From Paludibacteraceae bacterium (GTDB taxonomy: Bacteria; Bacteroidota; Bacteroidia; Bacteroidales; Paludibacteraceae), in NCBI GenBank assembly GCA_039811505.1, contig JBDHYS010000001.1:1-30087 (forward strand): DNA of 30,087 nucleotides. Direction: 5' to 3'. Below, in pieces: positions 8,479 through 14,427 of this stretch; within the stretch, counting starts at the first letter, position 1; each line of letters starts with the position of its first letter. The notes under the pieces were generated by a model that was not told where the DNA came from, ran no database searches, and was given only the letters and a program-made list of their open reading frames with translations. The translations under genes and the position numbers were made by a program.

Positions 8479-9207
8479 ATGAATAGTATGAAAATTAAGA
8501 TTTTACTTTTATCGATTGTATTGAGCGTATTATCAATAAATGCTCAAAATTTAGTAATTAGCAATGGTGAAGACACAGGATTGGGTTGGTGGCAAGCCGG
8601 TTCAACTGCTGTAGAAATTGTAGATTGGCATCCAAAAGATGGAAATCCAAGTGAAAAATCAATGACAATTTGGATCAGCACCAACAGCGATGTTTGGTCT
8701 GGTGGAGGTTTAGGCGGTTTGAATATTGATGTAACTACATACAACACAATTTCGGTGTTAGTTTACAAAAATGTGGCAGGAACGGTGCGATTGGAATTGC
8801 AAGATGGTGATGGAGAAAACAATAAGTTTTTTGTTTCTGCTGATTATAATACGCCGGGCACTTGGCAAAAATTGGAATTTCCGATTCCGGCTGAAATGGG
8901 CAATATAAAAACACTTCTTATTGCACCTTTTATTGATTACGATTTGTCATCTATCGTTGGAGAGCAAAGTCGTTGTTTTTGGGATGATGTGGAAGCTTTT
9001 TATAAAGTTCCGGCATCCATAAATTCTCTGTTTGAGAATAAAGAAATTGTATCATCTCAGATTTATTCAATCAACGGACATTTATTACAAACTATTTATG
9101 GTAATGAAAATGTGATGCAACTTCAACTTCCAAAAGGATTTTACATTGTGAAATCGACAGATATAAATGGAAATATAACTACGGACAAGATGTTATATGC
9201 AAAATAG
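8479..9207 (+). CDS. Predicted T9SS cargo: signal peptide + CBM-like module (copy B, 8545..9006) + CTD; no catalytic domain
   Basis: SPI signal MKIKILLLSIVLSVLSINA|Q, with Gln at +1 as is typical of Bacteroidota SPI proteins; the true start may be the Met at 8488. Tail SQIYSINGHLLQ...LPKGFYIVKS...KM. Confidence 0.85.
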   Translation: MNSMKIKILLLSIVLSVLSINAQNLVISNGEDTGLGWWQAGSTAVEIVDWHPKDGNPSEKSMTIWISTNSDVWSGGGLGGLNIDVTTYNTISVLVYKNVAGTVRLELQDGDGENNKFFVSADYNTPGTWQKLEFPIPAEMGNIKTLLIAPFIDYDLSSIVGEQSRCFWDDVEAFYKVPASINSLFENKEIVSSQIYSINGHLLQTIYGNENVMQLQLPKGFYIVKSTDINGNITTDKMLYAK

Positions 9208-9245
9208 CAAGCAATTATTTTTTAAATTTAAGAAAACGAGATAGT

Positions 9246-9971
9246 ATGAAAAAGATAACTTTATTTTTAATGTTAATTTTAGGCGTGTTAACAATCAACG
9301 CCCAAAATTTAGTGATAAGTAATGGTGAAGAAGATACAGGATTGGGTTGGTGGCAAGCCGGATCAACTAATGTTGAAATTGTAGATTGGCATCCAAAAGA
9401 TGGAAATCCAAGTGAAAAATCAATGACAATTTGGATTAGTCCCGATAGCGATGTTTGGTCTGGTGGTGGTTTAGGAGGTTTGAATATTAATGTAAATACA
9501 TATAACGCAATTTCGGTGTTAGTTTACAAAAATGTGGCAGGAACGGTGCGTTTAGAATTGCAAGATGGAGTAAATAATTATTTTGTTTCAGCAAATTACA
9601 ATACGCCAAGCACATGGCAAAAACTTGAATTTGATATTCCATCTGAAATGGGTAATATCCAAACGCTCCTTATCGCTCCGTTTATAGATTATGATCTGTC
9701 AACGATAACCAATGATGGAGATGTACATCAGAGCCGTTGTTTTTGGGATGAAGTTGAAGCTTTTTATAAAATACCTACTCCTGTTTCTGAAATAAAGAAT
9801 GAAAATAGAATCATTTCAACACAGATTTATTCCATAACAGGAAGCTTATTGCAAACATTGGATACTAACGCAACCATTTATAAAACATCTCTTCCAAAAG
9901 GAATTTATATTATTAAAAGTATTGATGAGTTGAATAATGAAGTTACATCAAAAGTTGTAAAAACATATTAA
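9246..9971 (+). CDS. Predicted T9SS cargo: signal peptide + CBM-like module (copy C, 9303..9770) + CTD; no catalytic domain
   Basis: SPI signal MKKITLFLMLILGVLTINA|Q. The module is highly similar to copies A and B. Tail TQIYSITGSLLQ...LPKGIYIIKS...SKVV. Confidence 0.85.
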   Translation: MKKITLFLMLILGVLTINAQNLVISNGEEDTGLGWWQAGSTNVEIVDWHPKDGNPSEKSMTIWISPDSDVWSGGGLGGLNINVNTYNAISVLVYKNVAGTVRLELQDGVNNYFVSANYNTPSTWQKLEFDIPSEMGNIQTLLIAPFIDYDLSTITNDGDVHQSRCFWDEVEAFYKIPTPVSEIKNENRIISTQIYSITGSLLQTLDTNATIYKTSLPKGIYIIKSIDELNNEVTSKVVKTY

Positions 9972-9991
9972 AATCTTTATTTATAAATAGC

Positions 9992-12205
9992 ATGAAAAAT
10001 AGGAATAAAATAAGCATTTTCTTTTTGATTTTCACCATTTTAGTAACTTCTTGTTCATCAAAAGATATTATTATTGACGATTTTGAGTCTGGTAATTATG
10101 ACAAATGGACGGTTGAAGGTGAAGCATTTGGAAATACGCCTGCTCCGTATCAGGAAGATCAAAAAAAACAGAGTAATGAAGGTGGAAATTATTATGCCGA
10201 CAGTTTTGGAGGTAACGACAGTTTGTTTGGGACACTTACATCAAAATCTTTTGTTATTGAGCGTAATTTTATCAATTTTTTGATTGGTGGTGGAAAAAGC
10301 GACAATATGTACATTGAACTTTTGATTGAAGGCAACACAGTTTTGAAAAGTAACTCATTAATCACAAGCGGAGAGATGAATTGGGTCGCATGGAATGTGA
10401 AAATCTATAAAGGTAAAGAGGCTCAAATACGAATTGTGGATAATCAAGGCGGAGGTTGGGGGCATTTTATGGTCGATGAAATTAGTCAAAGCAGTAAATC
10501 GAAAAGCGTAATATCCATCGATTATGAACTTTCTTTTGATGTGAAAAATAATTATCTACTTGTGCCAATTGAAGATAATGCGCCGGAATTAGAAATACAA
10601 TTATCAGCAAATGATAAAAATATTGGTGTTCCAATGTACATTCGTGTTGCAAAATCGAAAATTGATTATTGGATTCCTATTGATGTGTCTGATTATAAAG
10701 GGGAAAAAGTAACATTGAAATTTAGTTTATTAAATAAAAACGATGTGGGCTATTCGCAGATAAAACAATCCGATACATTTGGGTTTGATAGCAACGAAAA
10801 TTTCCGTCCGCTCTATCATTTTCTACCTGAATACGGCTGGATGAATGATCCAAACGGAATGGTTTTTTACGATGGAGAATATCATCTTTTTTATCAATAT
10901 AATCCATATGGTTCTAAATGGGCAAATATGCACTGGGGACACGCTGTTTCCAAGGATTTGGTCTCTTGGGAACATTTACCCGTAGCATTAGAGCCTGATT
11001 CACTCGGTTCAATATTCTCAGGTAGTGCAATTATTGATACGGAAAATACGGCTGGTTTTGGTAAAAATGCCATGATTGTAATCTATACTTCTGCCGGGAA
11101 AACTCAAACTCAATCCATAGCTTATAGTTTGGATAAAGGAAGAACTTTTACAAAATATGATCAAAATCCTGTTTTGGAAGATCCCACTATTGCAGATTTT
11201 CGCGATCCGAAAGTTTTCTGGCATTCTGAAAGTAATAAATGGGTTATGTCTTTGGCAACGCAACAAACAATTACTTTTTATGGATCCAAAAACTTAAAAC
11301 AATGGGAAAAATTAAGCGAATTTGGAGAAGGAATTGGAGCTCACAGCGGAGTTTGGGAATGTCCAGATTTATTTTCACTTAAATATAACGGAAAAACTAA
11401 ATGGGTATTATTTGTAAGTATTAATCCGGGCGGTCCAAATGGTGGAAGTGCAACACAATATTTTATAGGTGATTTTGATGGCAAAACATTCAAAGCAGAT
11501 AAATTGCCCTATCCACTTTGGCTTGATTACGGAAGAGATAATTATGCCGGAGTTACGTGGAGCAATGTTCCTGAAAGCGATGGTCGTAAAATTTTTATTG
11601 GATGGATGAATAATTGGGATTACGCAAATGATGTGCCGCCCATACATTTTTCAAGTGCAAACACACTGCCACGCGATCTTAAATTGGCACATAATGGAAC
11701 TCATTTAGTTGTTGCCAATCCGCCCGTAAAGGAGATGTTAAATCTTCGTAAAGAAAAAAACACTTTTGAAACTATAAAAGTATACAAACCACACCTGATA
11801 AATAATTTGTCAAAAGGAAACAGTGGAATATGTGAAATTGAAATGACAATTCAACCAAAAAGCTCGACATCTTTCAGTTTTGAGTTGTCAAATTCAAAAG
11901 GCGAGAAAACAAAATTTAATTTTGATATGGCAAAAAGAATATTTAGTGTAGATAGGTCAAAAAGTGGAATTATCAATTTTAACACAACTTTCGCATCGAA
12001 AATCAGTGAATCTCCTTTGGTGAAAAAAGACAAGTATATTATTCGGTTGTTTGTGGATAAACTTTCGATAGAATGTTTTATAAATGACGGTGAGTTGGTG
12101 CAAACAAACACCATTTTCCCAACAGAATCGTATCATTCATTGGAGTTTGATGCTGACTCTGAAATAAACATTGAAAATTTAACAATATATCAACTGAAAA
12201 AATAA
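9992..12205 (+). CDS. GH32 exo-type beta-fructofuranosidase/levanase lipoprotein with an N-terminal CBM38-like domain and a DUF4980-like domain
   Basis: SPII signal (LVTSC|SS). Canonical GH32 motifs WMNDPNG, HWGHAVSKDL, FSGS, FRDPKVFW, WECPDLF and DYGRDNYA. N-terminal DFESG...W.VEGEAFG...IGGG...DNQGGGWGHF.VD domain. Confidence 0.92.
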   Translation: MKNRNKISIFFLIFTILVTSCSSKDIIIDDFESGNYDKWTVEGEAFGNTPAPYQEDQKKQSNEGGNYYADSFGGNDSLFGTLTSKSFVIERNFINFLIGGGKSDNMYIELLIEGNTVLKSNSLITSGEMNWVAWNVKIYKGKEAQIRIVDNQGGGWGHFMVDEISQSSKSKSVISIDYELSFDVKNNYLLVPIEDNAPELEIQLSANDKNIGVPMYIRVAKSKIDYWIPIDVSDYKGEKVTLKFSLLNKNDVGYSQIKQSDTFGFDSNENFRPLYHFLPEYGWMNDPNGMVFYDGEYHLFYQYNPYGSKWANMHWGHAVSKDLVSWEHLPVALEPDSLGSIFSGSAIIDTENTAGFGKNAMIVIYTSAGKTQTQSIAYSLDKGRTFTKYDQNPVLEDPTIADFRDPKVFWHSESNKWVMSLATQQTITFYGSKNLKQWEKLSEFGEGIGAHSGVWECPDLFSLKYNGKTKWVLFVSINPGGPNGGSATQYFIGDFDGKTFKADKLPYPLWLDYGRDNYAGVTWSNVPESDGRKIFIGWMNNWDYANDVPPIHFSSANTLPRDLKLAHNGTHLVVANPPVKEMLNLRKEKNTFETIKVYKPHLINNLSKGNSGICEIEMTIQPKSSTSFSFELSNSKGEKTKFNFDMAKRIFSVDRSKSGIINFNTTFASKISESPLVKKDKYIIRLFVDKLSIECFINDGELVQTNTIFPTESYHSLEFDADSEINIENLTIYQLKK

Positions 12206-12250
12206 AAAACTAAAATCTCATTTTCTTGAAATCTTGAAATAATAAATATT

Positions 12251-13450
12251 ATGAATAAAAAAAGTAACCTTTCCGTTCTGATTCCCATTATGTTGGCGTT
12301 TTTCGCAATGGGAGCTGTTGATATGGTTGGAATTGCATCAAATTATGTAAAAAACGACTTGCAGTTAAGCGACACGATTGCAAATCTTCTACCTTCGATG
12401 GTTTTTCTATGGTTTTTCGTCCTTTCAGTTCCTACCGGTTTGCTAATGAATAAAATTGGTAGGCAGAAAACGGTGCAACTTTCTTTGGCTGTAACGGTGC
12501 TTTCACTACTTATTCCACTTTTAGCCTATCTTCCAAACATTGGAGGCAATATGGAGTTTGTGATAATGTTGATTGCGTTTGCACTTTTAGGAATCGGAAA
12601 TACCATTATGCAGGTATCTCTTAATCCTCTTATTTCCAATATCGTGTCAGATGATAAATTTGCATCCACTTTAACTTTTGGGCAATTTATTAAAGCGATT
12701 GCTTCATTTGGAGCACCGTTTATTGCTTCTTTTGCGGCAGTGAAATTTGGAGATTGGAAATTGTTGTTTCCTATTTATGCAGCGTTCACTATTTTGGCTT
12801 TAATCTTATTGTCCACCATAAAAATAGAGGAACAACCCTACACTACAAAAAGTAATTTTGCAAAATCACTCAATCTGCTCAAAAATCCCACTATTTTACT
12901 GTTCTTTTTTGGAATTATGGCACATGTGGGAATTGACGTTGGCATCAATACAACGGCACCAAAAATCCTTAATGGTATAAACGGAATGGATTTGCAAACA
13001 GGTGGAATGTTTGGTTTGGGTGCGGGTTTTGCTACAAGTATCTATTTTGTTTTCAGGATGATTGGAGGTTTTTCGGGTACATTTATCTTGGCAAAAGGAA
13101 AATACACCAATTTCTGGATAATTAGTGTACTTCTAATGGTGCTTTCGGTTGTTGGATTCTTAGCTTTCCAAAACGAAATTCTATTGTATGTTTCACTTGC
13201 ATTGGTTGGTTTTGGAAATTCGAATATTTTCCCAATGGTGTTTACAAAAGCTGTTCAAACTTTACCGGAGCGTGGAAATGAAGTGTCTGGATTAATGATT
13301 ATGGGTATTGTTTCGGGTGCAATCTTTCCTCTTTTTATGGGAATTGCGTCAGATGCTCTGCAAAGTCAATCGGGAGCCATTCTTGTAACAGCTGGTGCTG
13401 TGATTTATTTGGCTGCATTAACATTTAAATTGCAAACAATTAGAAAATAG
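12251..13450 (+). CDS. MFS sugar (fructose) permease, FucP/GluP-like, BT1758-like
   Basis: Multiple hydrophobic helices; motifs FFAMGAVDMVGIASNYVK, LLGIGNTIMQVSLNP and GFGNSNIFP; located between a GH32 and fructokinase. Confidence 0.92.
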   Translation: MNKKSNLSVLIPIMLAFFAMGAVDMVGIASNYVKNDLQLSDTIANLLPSMVFLWFFVLSVPTGLLMNKIGRQKTVQLSLAVTVLSLLIPLLAYLPNIGGNMEFVIMLIAFALLGIGNTIMQVSLNPLISNIVSDDKFASTLTFGQFIKAIASFGAPFIASFAAVKFGDWKLLFPIYAAFTILALILLSTIKIEEQPYTTKSNFAKSLNLLKNPTILLFFFGIMAHVGIDVGINTTAPKILNGINGMDLQTGGMFGLGAGFATSIYFVFRMIGGFSGTFILAKGKYTNFWIISVLLMVLSVVGFLAFQNEILLYVSLALVGFGNSNIFPMVFTKAVQTLPERGNEVSGLMIMGIVSGAIFPLFMGIASDALQSQSGAILVTAGAVIYLAALTFKLQTIRK

Positions 13451-13462
13451 CCAACTTAAAGG

Positions 13463-13470
13463 CAAATATA
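13463..13470 (-). promoter_or_regulatory. Possible antisense sigma-A -7 element (TATATTTG) pointing into the MFS gene
   Basis: The + strand reads GCAAATATA at 13462-13470, i.e. TATATTTGC on the - strand, matching the Bacteroidota TAnnTTTG consensus. A motif match only. Confidence 0.3.
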
Positions 13471-13477
13471 AAATATT

Positions 13478-14362
13478 ATGAGAAATATTATTGTAGGTAT
13501 TGGAGAAATACTTTGGGATGTTTTTCCTGAACGTAAAGTTTTAGGTGGTGCACCGGCAAATTTCGCTTATCACACTTCGCAATTTGGCTTTAATGGCTAT
13601 ACAATAAGTGCCGTTGGAAATGATTCATTTGGAAAAGAAATCATTGATTCTTTAGAAGAAAAAAAATTAAATTATCTTATTGAAACAACCGAATTTCCAA
13701 CGGGTACAGTTCAAGTTACGCTTGACGAAAACGGTATTCCGCAATATGAAATTTGTGAAAATGTAGCTTGGGACAATATTCCCTTCACATCGCAAACTGC
13801 AAGTTTGACACAAAATACGGTTGCAGTGTGTTTTGGTTCACTTGCTCAAAGAAGTAAAGTTTCAAAAGAATCAATCAGAAGTTTTTTGAATGCAGTTTCA
13901 GATGATTGTTTGAAGATTTTTGACATTAATCTACGTCAGCATTTTTACACAAAAGCTCTTATTGAAGAATCTCTTAATTTAGCAAATATATTGAAAATAA
14001 ATGACGAGGAAGTTGTGATCGTAGCAAATCTTTTTGGATGGAATGGGTTAAGTGAAAAAGATGTTTGCTTAGAATTGATGAAAAGCTTCAATCTTAATTT
14101 AGTTATCCTAACAAAAGGCACAGAAGGAAGTTTTGTGTACAACCATAAAGAATGGTCTTTTCACCCAACACCAAAAGTTCAAGTAGCCGACACAGTTGGA
14201 GCGGGCGATTCATTTACAGCTACATTTGTGGCTGCTTATCTTCGGGGAAAAAGTATTGTTGAATCACACCAATTAGCGGTTGAGGTTTCAGCTTTTGTTT
14301 GTACACAGCACGGAGCAATGCCAACACTTCCTGAATCGTATTTAAAATTGTTCAATAAGTAA
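13478..14362 (+). CDS. PfkB-family carbohydrate kinase, fructokinase (BT1757-like)
   Basis: GEILWDVF, GGAPANFA, FDINLR, LKINDEE and the PfkB signature DTVGAGDSF; fructan PUL context. Confidence 0.94.
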   Translation: MRNIIVGIGEILWDVFPERKVLGGAPANFAYHTSQFGFNGYTISAVGNDSFGKEIIDSLEEKKLNYLIETTEFPTGTVQVTLDENGIPQYEICENVAWDNIPFTSQTASLTQNTVAVCFGSLAQRSKVSKESIRSFLNAVSDDCLKIFDINLRQHFYTKALIEESLNLANILKINDEEVVIVANLFGWNGLSEKDVCLELMKSFNLNLVILTKGTEGSFVYNHKEWSFHPTPKVQVADTVGAGDSFTATFVAAYLRGKSIVESHQLAVEVSAFVCTQHGAMPTLPESYLKLFNK

Positions 14363-14385
14363 ACATTTTTTTCAAACTTTGTGAT

Positions 14386-14393
14386 TATCTTTG
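14386..14393 (+). promoter_or_regulatory. Sigma-A -7 element (TATCTTTG) upstream of the HTCS gene
   Basis: Exact TAnnTTTG match 34 nt before the ATG at 14428; suggests the regulator has its own promoter. Confidence 0.6.
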
Positions 14394-14427
14394 TGGGAAG
14401 AAAGAGTGTATTATTTCTCAAAATACA

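Noticed and set aside
7801-9770. Repeated 40-60 bp identical tracts as a CRISPR-like array
   Set aside because: They are irregularly spaced, differ from each other and lie within paralogous coding domains; there are no cas genes.
10161-10168. A8 run in the exo-GH32 (and a similar A8 at 16851 in the HTCS) as phase-variation sites
   Set aside because: Both frames are intact, and A8 runs are expected in DNA this AT-rich.
12224-12239. Tandem TCTTGAAA x2 upstream of the MFS gene as an HTCS operator
   Set aside because: It is only a short AT-rich repeat with no adjacent promoter motif and no second occurrence noticed in the window.
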